DNA from: a virus
Lineage: Duplodnaviria > Heunggongvirae > Uroviricota > Caudoviricetes
IMG/VR virus record: IMGVR_UViG_2648501839_000008
Strand: one strand, 5' to 3'
DNA length: 64,000 bases
Part shown: one piece after another, positions 48,239 to 56,788 of the stretch
Position numbering within the stretch: position 1 is the first letter of the stretch
How the letters are laid out: the number at the start of each line of letters is the position of its first letter
Position numbers and translations under genes: made by a program
The notes under the pieces: generated by a model
Databases searched by the model: none
The model's input: the letters and a program-made list of their open reading frames with translations, nothing else
Told to the model about the DNA's origin: nothing

Positions 48239-49942
48239 TTAATTATTAAGCAATCTGCTCACACGTAGTTTGTTAAGACTTGATCTAGAGGCCAGTTTCG
48301 TTAATGCACCTATTGCTTTATTCGTGATTTTTTGCTGTTCTTCTGTTAGTTCTTGCATACTTTTGAATCTGAGCAACCCCTTTCTCACTAAATCCAAAGC
48401 ATCCTGATTGCGGGATAGTATCCACTTTAAATAATCATCTTCAGAGAAACTGTTAAGATATGCTATGTCACTATGATTAAATTTGCCTTCAATTATTTTG
48501 TATAAAACATTCTCTAAATTAGTCTCTTCAGGCTTCTTATCCATCAATTTTTTTTGAATTAGCAGACCTAACTTTTCGTTACCAAATATCTCTACATACA
48601 AATTCCGAAAAGCAGTATAAGCATCATCTTGGCTAACAAAGGCATCTGCATATGCCTCTATATAACTATCACAATCAATCTCCAATCTATTTAAGATATC
48701 AATCAAGCCTATGAAGTGAGCAACAGGTATGTGTGAAAGATTGTCGTTAATTACACATTTTATCTTAGAAATAAACTCAGATTCATTGTCCTTGAATGAG
48801 TCACTAAAAATATCCCAAACATTGTTAACATCACATAAAGCCTTGTGTTCTTTATATTGTTTATTTTTTTCTTCTATTATACCTCGAATATTGCTTTCAG
48901 TAGAAAGATAACCATTCTTGAGATAAAAATCTATGTCATCATCGAAAGCAATTTCCGCTCGTTCATAAATAACATCAAGACTATTAATAAATGAATATAC
49001 AGAATCATCCTTTTTATCATCTAACATGTAATCAAATACATGTATGTTTTTAATTGATTCTTTAAACAAGGCATAATCAACACCTGGAACACCAGAATAG
49101 TAAACCACTGAAAACAGAACCAATCTATTGATAAAACTTTCTCTAACCTTATCCTCTGCCAAGCTTAGCTCATTCCTAAGATTAACCAGAGATGTTTTTA
49201 TTTTATTTAATATACGGATATTTTTAATGCCTAAGTCATTTGCTAAGACTTTTAACAAAAGAAAATCAGAATCAGTTTCATAAAAAACTTTACGTAAGTT
49301 CTTCTCAGGCGTAGGATCGTATTTTATTTCGACATCAATTACTTTTTCTCTGTACTCTAAAAACTGTTTTTTTGCAGTTTCATCATGTAAATTATCTTCA
49401 TTTAAAATTAGAACAACTTTGCAACCTTTTCTTCTTGCTAATTCATCAATTACCCCCATAATTTCTTTAACTTCTAGCGAATTACCTTTTCTTTCAACAT
49501 CATCAATACAAACCAAATAATTATTAACAAATTTATACTCAAGAGATGACAGCAGGTTATCTGTTTTGAACCCAAAAAAATCGTTCTTTCCGAAATGTAT
49601 TAAAAATTTTGACAAGGAGTTGTATTTCAACCATCCCCAAAACCCATTTCTATAACGAATCATAGTTCGATCCGTTTCAGATAAAATTAGTTCTTTATAT
49701 TTCTTTTCATTAATTGGTGTGGCACAATGATAAAGAGCTTTTTTAATATCACCAATAGAGTTAACCCCAAACAAAGAAACATACGAATATGCATTAAAAT
49801 CTAATCCTTCAGAATGCTTAGTATAAAAACTATTCCAATAATGAGTTTTACCAACGCCCCAATCTCCTTTTATGACGGCAACCCGATGATCTGAAACTAG
49901 AAAATTTTTTAGAAATGATTCTATCGATTCCATTAGTATCAA
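48239..49942 (-). CDS. KAP-family P-loop NTPase
   Basis: N-terminal Walker A in VAVIKGDWGVGKTHYW, Walker B VCIDD; 567 aa with markedly lower GC than flanking genes. Confidence 0.75.
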   Translation of the reverse strand: MILMESIESFLKNFLVSDHRVAVIKGDWGVGKTHYWNSFYTKHSEGLDFNAYSYVSLFGVNSIGDIKKALYHCATPINEKKYKELILSETDRTMIRYRNGFWGWLKYNSLSKFLIHFGKNDFFGFKTDNLLSSLEYKFVNNYLVCIDDVERKGNSLEVKEIMGVIDELARRKGCKVVLILNEDNLHDETAKKQFLEYREKVIDVEIKYDPTPEKNLRKVFYETDSDFLLLKVLANDLGIKNIRILNKIKTSLVNLRNELSLAEDKVRESFINRLVLFSVVYYSGVPGVDYALFKESIKNIHVFDYMLDDKKDDSVYSFINSLDVIYERAEIAFDDDIDFYLKNGYLSTESNIRGIIEEKNKQYKEHKALCDVNNVWDIFSDSFKDNESEFISKIKCVINDNLSHIPVAHFIGLIDILNRLEIDCDSYIEAYADAFVSQDDAYTAFRNLYVEIFGNEKLGLLIQKKLMDKKPEETNLENVLYKIIEGKFNHSDIAYLNSFSEDDYLKWILSRNQDALDLVRKGLLRFKSMQELTEEQQKITNKAIGALTKLASRSSLNKLRVSRLLNN

Positions 49943-49956
49943 TCCTTTAATTCATA

Positions 49957-49982
49957 TATTGGGCGTAACAAACGCCCAATAT
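49957..49982. terminator. Hairpin between the par operon and the KAP NTPase gene
   Basis: ATATTGGGCG-TAACAAA-CGCCCAATAT inverted repeat. Confidence 0.5.
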
Positions 49983-49984
49983 AA

Positions 49985-50344
49985 TCAACCTTTCTTCATC
50001 AACTCTCGTTTAATTTCATCGGTACGCATCGTAACGTCGGCAGCTGTGATCGCCTCGTTAAGCTTCACGATGTCCTCGATTTCCTGCGGTGACTTCTCTG
50101 CCAGATGGAAAATGGCTGCTCGAATCACGTCAGAACGAGTGAACTTCTCGAAGCGAGGGATGAACTTCATCATCTCCAGCAGTTCGAAGTATTCGTCTTC
50201 CAGTGACATTGTGCGGCTTTTAATTTTCTCTTTGCCACGAGTCGGGCGTCCCTGTGGTCTGACTGGTTGGCGCAAAGGAGTTGTGTTCTTAGCCGGTGCA
50301 TCAGGCTCTTTGCGCTTTGCTAGGTCACCCATTTTCATGGACAT
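49985..50344 (-). CDS. Putative centromere-binding partition protein (ParG-like ribbon-helix-helix)
   Basis: 119-aa basic protein translationally coupled to ParA; C-terminal region RSDVIRAAIFHL is compatible with an RHH fold. Confidence 0.5.
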   Translation of the reverse strand: MSMKMGDLAKRKEPDAPAKNTTPLRQPVRPQGRPTRGKEKIKSRTMSLEDEYFELLEMMKFIPRFEKFTRSDVIRAAIFHLAEKSPQEIEDIVKLNEAITAADVTMRTDEIKRELMKKG

Positions 50345-51012
50345 TATTCTTCTTCCTCCAGACTCAACAGATAATCTACAAATTCTTCAAACTCGGCTTC
50401 AGCCTTTTTGTCGCGCTCGCTACCGGTCATTTCGAAGATAGAACGACCAGACTCTTCCGCATCATCGTAGACGTTGCGGTTATATAGATTGACTGGCGCA
50501 GACTCGATGCCAAACGTCTCGACAATCTCTTTAGCCGCCAGAATGCGAGACACTTGTGATGGCAAAGCCGGGCACTGGTTCATGACCGCGCGGACCTTCA
50601 CTTTATCGTTTACATTACGAACATTGTCGATAATAGGATCGATGTCACGCAGAGATTTCAAATCACGACGCTTAGGACGAAGCGGGATAATGATAACGTC
50701 GGCCATCAGCATCGCTTGTCGCTGAATTTCGGAGTCAAAGCCACCAGCATCTACCACTACAAACTCAGCTCTACCCTGAAGCGATTTTAGGTGCTTAATG
50801 ATGTCATCCTGGACGTATGCAAAAGGAATCAGCTCAAGGTCTTCGTTCTGTCGACGGTCTTCACACCAGCTCGTTGTCGTGCGCTGAATATCTATATCGG
50901 TAATATAAACCTTCTTCTTCTTTTTGACTTTCAGGCAAACGGCAATTTGCTGGGCAACGGTGGATTTGCCAGGCCCGCCCTTTGTGCCGCCAACCACAAA
51001 GATCTTGGTCAT
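50344..51012 (-). CDS. parA: ParA/ParF-type partition ATPase
   Basis: Deviant Walker A GGTKGGPGKST at the N-terminus; 222 aa (small ParA class). Confidence 0.9.
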   Translation of the reverse strand: MTKIFVVGGTKGGPGKSTVAQQIAVCLKVKKKKKVYITDIDIQRTTTSWCEDRRQNEDLELIPFAYVQDDIIKHLKSLQGRAEFVVVDAGGFDSEIQRQAMLMADVIIIPLRPKRRDLKSLRDIDPIIDNVRNVNDKVKVRAVMNQCPALPSQVSRILAAKEIVETFGIESAPVNLYNRNVYDDAEESGRSIFEMTGSERDKKAEAEFEEFVDYLLSLEEEE

Positions 51013-51188
51013 TAGAGAGTTCCCTTTGCGTATATAATTATCGTCTGAAACAACTTGTTTTCTTATATGTGATATAGCCTAAATGCCTACGGCTGCGGTG
51101 TAAAGGTTAAATGGTAGGTGCTGCCTTAGAATTTTTAGGCGAGAATCAATGGCTGTTAACAAAAAAGGCGACCGAAGTCGCCTAATTG

Positions 51189-51941
51189 TTAATCTTTTAG
51201 ATATAAACCAACTGGGGTTCTTGTTTTGCGGGAGATGATAAGTACGATAAATTTCTCAACGTTAACTTGCACCTTATTTGGAAACCAAGAGCTTAATTCT
51301 GGATCAAGTAACAATCCTCTGTTCCACGGCAAAAAGCCGGTTTCTTTTCCCATCCCATATTCGCCTAACACATCCTCGAACGTCTCAGTTTTTGCGTTGT
51401 AAATTCTTACATCACCTGTTCGCATTAATGGACCGGCCCAGATTTTTGCGCCAGGAATGGTCTGATTGTAATCACAGACAAGATGTTCGTACCAATGAAG
51501 GAGGAAGCGATACGTGAGGTTGCACAGTCCCCTTTGCCTTATTGCTCTTTCTGTCTCAACACCTGCAATCTGATAGCAGTCAATCTCTACCCCATCCTCG
51601 ATGAATGTGTATTCACGCAATGCAATTCTGCCTGCTATCGTGTTTCTGCTCTGATCGAGCATGTCGGAACGCAGAATTGCTTGAATAATGTCCGAATCAG
51701 ACATTCCATCTTCGCCTCTGTCCAGAATGAAGTCCATCAGTTCACCCTGATCTCGTGCTCCAACTTTCTCCATCAGGATATACAGACAGATATCATCATC
51801 AGGCTCGATAATGGTTATTTCGGATATTTTGAAAAGCGATGCTTCGTTGATGAGGTAGCCAAAACGTGAAACGCGAGTTTCCCCACGGTGAGGAAACTCA
51901 TAAAGATTTTTAGAGTATGTGCGTTCTAGTGTAGGTGCCAT
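51189..51941 (-). CDS. Hypothetical protein
   Basis: 250-aa ORF. Confidence 0.6.
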   Translation of the reverse strand: MAPTLERTYSKNLYEFPHRGETRVSRFGYLINEASLFKISEITIIEPDDDICLYILMEKVGARDQGELMDFILDRGEDGMSDSDIIQAILRSDMLDQSRNTIAGRIALREYTFIEDGVEIDCYQIAGVETERAIRQRGLCNLTYRFLLHWYEHLVCDYNQTIPGAKIWAGPLMRTGDVRIYNAKTETFEDVLGEYGMGKETGFLPWNRGLLLDPELSSWFPNKVQVNVEKFIVLIISRKTRTPVGLYLKD

Positions 51942-52309
51942 CTTAGAGCAGTACCATCAGCAGTTGTATTGCTGACAATGCTACCATGAGTATTAAGAAA
52001 GCGGCGAATTGCACTCTCAATAATTTCAGAGAATTGGTCACTAAACCGTGCTAATTCAGGGTATTGTTTTGCTGGCTTCACAATGAAACGAACACGATCG
52101 TTCAGGAAAATCGCTTCAGCCAACGGTTTTACACTGGCACCAGCATTCTCAACATCGTCTTTGAAAGTTACGATGAAGCGAGTGTCTTTTGGCGCAGTCG
52201 CATCGTTGTTAAGTTTACGCACCTCAAGTTTGCGCTTATTCAGCACATGAGTTGCGATAACACTCGTGCAATCGCGAATTGTTTGTATAGAACGTTTTTC
52301 GTTCAGCAT
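51926..52309 (-). CDS. Hypothetical protein
   Basis: 127-aa ORF. Confidence 0.55.
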   Translation of the reverse strand: MLNEKRSIQTIRDCTSVIATHVLNKRKLEVRKLNNDATAPKDTRFIVTFKDDVENAGASVKPLAEAIFLNDRVRFIVKPAKQYPELARFSDQFSEIIESAIRRFLNTHGSIVSNTTADGTALRWHLH

Positions 52310-52486
52310 GTGTCCACCTTAGCCGGTATTAACTTAATGTCATAGCGGCGACCCTTGTCAGGGTTTAGAGGCTACGAGTATGCGTCGCAGCATTAATGCA
52401 AGGGATGATTTACTTGACATCCATGTGCCAAATCTACCTTGTGCTCTAATAATATGCAAATTTTATGTTAGAAAACTCCTCTTCTG

Positions 52487-52717
52487 TTATGGTACTTTTC
52501 TGCCCCATCCACACAATCGCTCCCCTATCATATTGTGAAAAAGTACCTCTCTTTCAGTCTCTTCGGTCATGAGATCATCACGGCTGATGTATAGCGGTGT
52601 AGCCGCATCGCAGAAAAGCACACCAGCGGGTTGAGGCTTAATCACGCAACCACTTATTGTGCAACTCATGATGAACAGTAGAAGCATCCTTGCTCCGTAA
52701 CTCATCAAGTGTTTCAT
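52487..52717 (-). CDS. Putative o-spanin (outer-membrane lipoprotein) embedded in the i-spanin gene
   Basis: Alternate-frame ORF with signal sequence and lipobox (LLLFIMSCTISGC), overlapping the 3' third of the i-spanin ORF. Confidence 0.45.
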   Translation of the reverse strand: MKHLMSYGARMLLLFIMSCTISGCVIKPQPAGVLFCDAATPLYISRDDLMTEETEREVLFHNMIGERLCGWGRKVP

Positions 52718-52889
52718 TTTTGACGTCCAATGTGCTTTGAAGTCGTTTCCTGTCTTCCTGTTTTGCCTTCTCTTCCATTGCTCGTCGCGCCGCATTTCCG
52801 CCCATCGTGTAAGCGCCGACCAGAACGAAAAGAACGGCAGCCAGCGTAATCAAAGCAACTTTTAGCTTTGTCATCAGGCTGCCTAGCAT
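52638..52889 (-). CDS. Putative i-spanin
   Basis: N-terminal TM helix followed by a charged coiled-coil region; 83 aa, short for an i-spanin. Confidence 0.45.
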   Translation of the reverse strand: MLGSLMTKLKVALITLAAVLFVLVGAYTMGGNAARRAMEEKAKQEDRKRLQSTLDVKNETLDELRSKDASTVHHELHNKWLRD

Positions 52890-52890
52890 A

Positions 52891-53583
52891 TTAGACCATC
52901 CCTTTCTGGTGTCTTCTTACCTGCGACCAGGCAATGAATCCGGCCACAACAATAGTGGCAATGCCGAAGATGATGCGTACTGTATCCCCGCTAGAGATAT
53001 GACCTTGTGCCTTATCCATAGCAGCGGAAACCTGCGGCATAACATCGGCCAGCTGCGCCAGACCAATACCTGCTGTAACAGTTGCGCCTGCAGTTTCTTT
53101 AGTTACAGGAACAGCCTTCACGGTTTTCACCGGCTTAACGACGCCAGCTCGACGCAGACCTTCCTCAATAACTTCTGCCGCATACCAGGTGTTCAGCGTT
53201 TTTAGCGGACCTCGCCCATTCTCATGGCGAATGATTGCCTCAACCAAAGGTCGAAGAATGTCGTAATCATGCAGATCGATGATCATGTCTGCGGTTACAC
53301 CAACGGCTTTAGACACCTCATTAATGTAGGCGTCAGTGTTGTTTTCATTCGGCGGTGCCCAACGTTCAATAACTTCACGAATGGTATCGATACTTGAGCC
53401 GTCTTTTGCGCGACGTTTGTCGTGGTAGGTAATTAGAGTCACCGCCAGCGCACGAATCCCCCAAACAGGGTCTTTAAACGTGCAAAAGCGCGGTTCGTCT
53501 GGATTCGCAATCAGACCTTGCCACGGTGATCCTTTATCAAGATTACCGGGGTTATTATTACGAATGCCTCTCGGAGTCTTCAT
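52891..53583 (-). CDS. Conserved phage protein with C-terminal TM anchor, possible lysis-cassette component
   Basis: GIRNNNPGNL motif near the N-terminus and a C-terminal hydrophobic helix; start ATG 53583 has AGGAG upstream. Enzymatic class unresolved. Confidence 0.4.
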   Translation of the reverse strand: MKTPRGIRNNNPGNLDKGSPWQGLIANPDEPRFCTFKDPVWGIRALAVTLITYHDKRRAKDGSSIDTIREVIERWAPPNENNTDAYINEVSKAVGVTADMIIDLHDYDILRPLVEAIIRHENGRGPLKTLNTWYAAEVIEEGLRRAGVVKPVKTVKAVPVTKETAGATVTAGIGLAQLADVMPQVSAAMDKAQGHISSGDTVRIIFGIATIVVAGFIAWSQVRRHQKGMV

Positions 53584-53596
53584 CCTTGATCTCCTG

Positions 53597-53932
53597 TTAT
53601 TGCAGTCCATTTTTTACGCCATACGCGGCTAACCCCAAAAGCAGTGCAGTAATAATGAACGACGTTATTTTAGAAACAATGCCGCCAAAGAACCCACTGG
53701 AGATGGAATCTAACCGGTTAAGGAGTTTGTCCAGGTTGGAGTGTTGAATACTATGTTGCGCCGGGGTCATATCACCAAAGTAGGTTTTCAGCTGATCATT
53801 GACCTCCTGGCCAATTTCTTCACGTAGCTCTTTACCTAATTTGCCAACAACCTCCCGAGCAACGATCGCGGCAATACGCTCAACTTGCTCTGTTGTAACG
53901 CCCGCCATCTCGTTCGACATGTTTTCCTCCAT
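53597..53932 (-). CDS. Putative holin-like membrane protein
   Basis: 111 aa with a single C-terminal TM helix, immediately upstream of the lysis-type genes. Confidence 0.35.
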   Translation of the reverse strand: MEENMSNEMAGVTTEQVERIAAIVAREVVGKLGKELREEIGQEVNDQLKTYFGDMTPAQHSIQHSNLDKLLNRLDSISSGFFGGIVSKITSFIITALLLGLAAYGVKNGLQ

Positions 53933-54001
53933 GAAAAGTCAAATCGGGATGGCGGATTTATATCACATTTCACCTTCTTGTTGTAGGTGTGTACTTACTT
54001 A

Positions 54002-54232
54002 TCATTCAACATTGCAACGGACTGATGAGAAAGCACCTACTCCAACCCATCGCCAGTTATAGATGCTACCCGCTTTGTATAAGGTATAGTCGTTCACTTT
54101 TTTAACAGCATATATGGGTATGACTGTCTCCTGTCCACCAATGATAGCCTCACCATAACATATGGGTGTCGGCAATTTCTGACAGCCAGTAAGAGAGAGA
54201 ACAACAGCTATTGTTAGAAATAATCTTTTCAT
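54002..54232 (-). CDS. Small lipoprotein, candidate receptor-blocking superinfection-exclusion factor
   Basis: 76 aa, lipobox LSLTGC; located immediately downstream of the tail-fibre genes. Confidence 0.45.
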   Translation of the reverse strand: MKRLFLTIAVVLSLTGCQKLPTPICYGEAIIGGQETVIPIYAVKKVNDYTLYKAGSIYNWRWVGVGAFSSVRCNVE

Positions 54233-54242
54233 CGTTTACTCA

Positions 54243-54851
54243 TCAGTTATACAGATTTCTATTTATTACCGGTACTCTGCCATTTACGCTAAAACTATGG
54301 CCGCCATTAAGTTGGTTTACGAATATGGAACTAACAGTATTTCCATATGCCGCATATCCATAAACCATTGTCATGGCCCCGCCCGGTACTGGAACCGCGA
54401 ACACATTTGCATATGTTGGGATTATCGCTGGCGGGTAATCAAAAACATGCCCTCCAGAACTGTTCCACTCCGTATTATTAAGAAAGGTAAATGAAAGTGG
54501 GATATTTGCCGTATTATAGATCTCCTCTCCTCGCGCATTGAAAAAACTCATGCCCCAAGTTTCTTTTTTGGCTATACCTTTCGAAAATACGTATATCGTG
54601 GCACTAGAGTCGCTACCCTGACCTCCGAAACTGTAAATCACCTGGTTGTTACGCACTATTCTGTTGGCTATTAATGAAACAGCTTTCGAATAGGCAACAA
54701 AAATCATCGGTGAACGATCTGGAGATATTTGGGTGTTAAACTCTGTCCCGCCAGACAAAGAAACAACCTGCTTTCTCTGAAAAACGATAGGAGACAAAGA
54801 AGGAGACATCCAGACCTTCCCGTCAGATCGATATATCTTGCTTCCGTACAT
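54243..54851 (-). CDS. Hypothetical protein, tail-fibre associated
   Basis: 202-aa Ser/Gly/Asn-rich ORF, translationally coupled (TAATG) to the upstream 84-aa ORF. Confidence 0.55.
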   Translation of the reverse strand: MYGSKIYRSDGKVWMSPSLSPIVFQRKQVVSLSGGTEFNTQISPDRSPMIFVAYSKAVSLIANRIVRNNQVIYSFGGQGSDSSATIYVFSKGIAKKETWGMSFFNARGEEIYNTANIPLSFTFLNNTEWNSSGGHVFDYPPAIIPTYANVFAVPVPGGAMTMVYGYAAYGNTVSSIFVNQLNGGHSFSVNGRVPVINRNLYN

Positions 54852-55105
54852 TATTTTTGAAAAACCAATATGTTTAAATTGCCACTAGCTCCAGACCATG
54901 AAATGGTATTTCCAGAAACCGTAAGACTTGTGTATTTCCCATTGGTTACGTCCATTATGTAATAGTCGATTCCCAATCCCGCCTCAACCTCATATGTTCT
55001 ACTTCCAGAACCAGAGGGAGTAAAATAATCGAGGTAATAAACAGGGGCCAACGCATCGACCATCTCCTGTCTTGATGGCGACCATACCTGTGCACCATAG
55101 CTCAT
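54851..55105 (-). CDS. Hypothetical protein, tail-fibre associated
   Basis: 84-aa ORF directly downstream of the tail-fibre gene. Confidence 0.5.
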   Translation of the reverse strand: MSYGAQVWSPSRQEMVDALAPVYYLDYFTPSGSGSRTYEVEAGLGIDYYIMDVTNGKYTSLTVSGNTISWSGASGNLNILVFQK

Positions 55106-55165
55106 AAATATATCCTTATACTTTTAAGCAGGGGCTGGTTTAGTTCCAGCCCCGATTGAAGTTGT

Positions 55166-56788
55166 TTATTCTTTAGGTGAATTTAACTTCGTTTCAAGCT
55201 CCTCAACCCTTTTGGTCAATTGCTGAATATGATGAATGAGTGGTACAACCAAACGCTCATACATCACTCCTTCAGCGACCATACCATTTGAGGAAATATC
55301 TTCTGGAGAATCATTATTTGTTGGTTCACGCCAATGGACATATTGCGGGGCAATCTCACCAACCTCTTCAGCAATAAGGCCGTAATACCCCCAATCCTTT
55401 CGGTCACCTCGACAAATTGAACGATACCAAACAGGTCTTAATGACAAAAGTTCATCAGCATATCGATCTTGTAATGTTTCAATATCCTTTTTATAGCGCC
55501 TTGAAGATGTTGAACGCCAAACTGTATTGATACCTGGGTTTGGATCAATGTACATATTGGCACCGCTAGTAGTTGTGCCAATATCCCATATAGCAAACCC
55601 TCCACTACCGCCTGATTTGACAACCAGTGTTTCAGCAATAATATCCAGGTTGCCACTATAGCCTGTCAGTGATGATCTGCTTGCATAGGAACTTAGAAGG
55701 TTTGTTACCTCTGTTTTCGTATAAGCATTAAGGTTAGCCGCAGTCAAAGTAATATCGGCAGAGCCATCAAACGCCACACCAGCAATTTTCCTTGCTGTCT
55801 GCAATTTTGTGGCTGTTGCGGCATTACCAGTAGTATTCTGATTACCGGTTGTATTCACACCAGGGATTGAATCCTTAGCAGTATATACCTGCGCCCACGC
55901 TGACCATGCCGCATCTGTGGTATCTCTTCGTGAGCGAATGAAAACTGGCGCATGTGCACCGCTCGTACCACTCCAGCCAATAAGCAACTCGCCCTCACCA
56001 GCAGCACTCGCACCTTTCATGTGCAATACGTTGCCATACGTGGTCGGGTAGCTATTGTTGTACGCCTCGTACATTTGAATGCCAGCAGTGCCTTGAGTAG
56101 AGCCGCTTAATGCCGTAACTCGGCCACGAGATACCAGTGTATTAATGTTGATATCGCCTGAGCCATCAAACTTAACACCATTGATGTTTCTCGCTGTTTG
56201 CAACTTCGTAGCTGTTGAAGCATTACCGTTCAAACTACCATTTACGCCACCAGTCACATTTAGTCCATTACCAATTGATACCGCACCGCTGGTATTATTA
56301 ATTGTAATAGGTCGCAAACCGTTCCATGAACCTAATGTGTCTCCTGATGCTGTTAGCATGAAATATGTGTTCGATCCATCATTACGGATAAAGAACCCAA
56401 AGCTACCGTAAGCAATGCGGAAACCATTTGCATATTTTGAAATGATCTCGCCAGAAGATGTCAAACCTCCAGATAATGTACCACCGGTAAGAGGTAATGC
56501 ACCGACATCAGAGGCTGTTGGTTTGTTTTTCGTGTTATATACTCTTCGCCATCCCGGAGAATAATCTGTGCCATTAAATACATAGATAAACTCCGCATTA
56601 GTGAGAGCACCAGAGACACTCGTCGTTGTGGCCGTTGTTATACGGATCGTATAATTGTTTGAGCTACTACCGTTATTAAATACCTCTATAACAGCTCCTG
56701 CCAATGGAATAACGCCACAACCAGTTTCACTATTTGGTATGGTTGCACTATTGGCATAGGCCCACGCACTTTGTGTTAAATGCTCCAT
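55166..56788 (-). CDS. Tail fibre protein with C-terminal intramolecular-chaperone (peptidase S74-like) domain
   Basis: Two phage tail-fibre repeat units (GVNTTGNQNTTGNAATATKLQTAR.I.GV.FDGS) and a C-terminal region resembling autoproteolytic chaperone domains (SRRYKKDIETL...YGLIAEEV). Confidence 0.8.
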   Translation of the reverse strand: MEHLTQSAWAYANSATIPNSETGCGVIPLAGAVIEVFNNGSSSNNYTIRITTATTTSVSGALTNAEFIYVFNGTDYSPGWRRVYNTKNKPTASDVGALPLTGGTLSGGLTSSGEIISKYANGFRIAYGSFGFFIRNDGSNTYFMLTASGDTLGSWNGLRPITINNTSGAVSIGNGLNVTGGVNGSLNGNASTATKLQTARNINGVKFDGSGDININTLVSRGRVTALSGSTQGTAGIQMYEAYNNSYPTTYGNVLHMKGASAAGEGELLIGWSGTSGAHAPVFIRSRRDTTDAAWSAWAQVYTAKDSIPGVNTTGNQNTTGNAATATKLQTARKIAGVAFDGSADITLTAANLNAYTKTEVTNLLSSYASRSSLTGYSGNLDIIAETLVVKSGGSGGFAIWDIGTTTSGANMYIDPNPGINTVWRSTSSRRYKKDIETLQDRYADELLSLRPVWYRSICRGDRKDWGYYGLIAEEVGEIAPQYVHWREPTNNDSPEDISSNGMVAEGVMYERLVVPLIHHIQQLTKRVEELETKLNSPKE

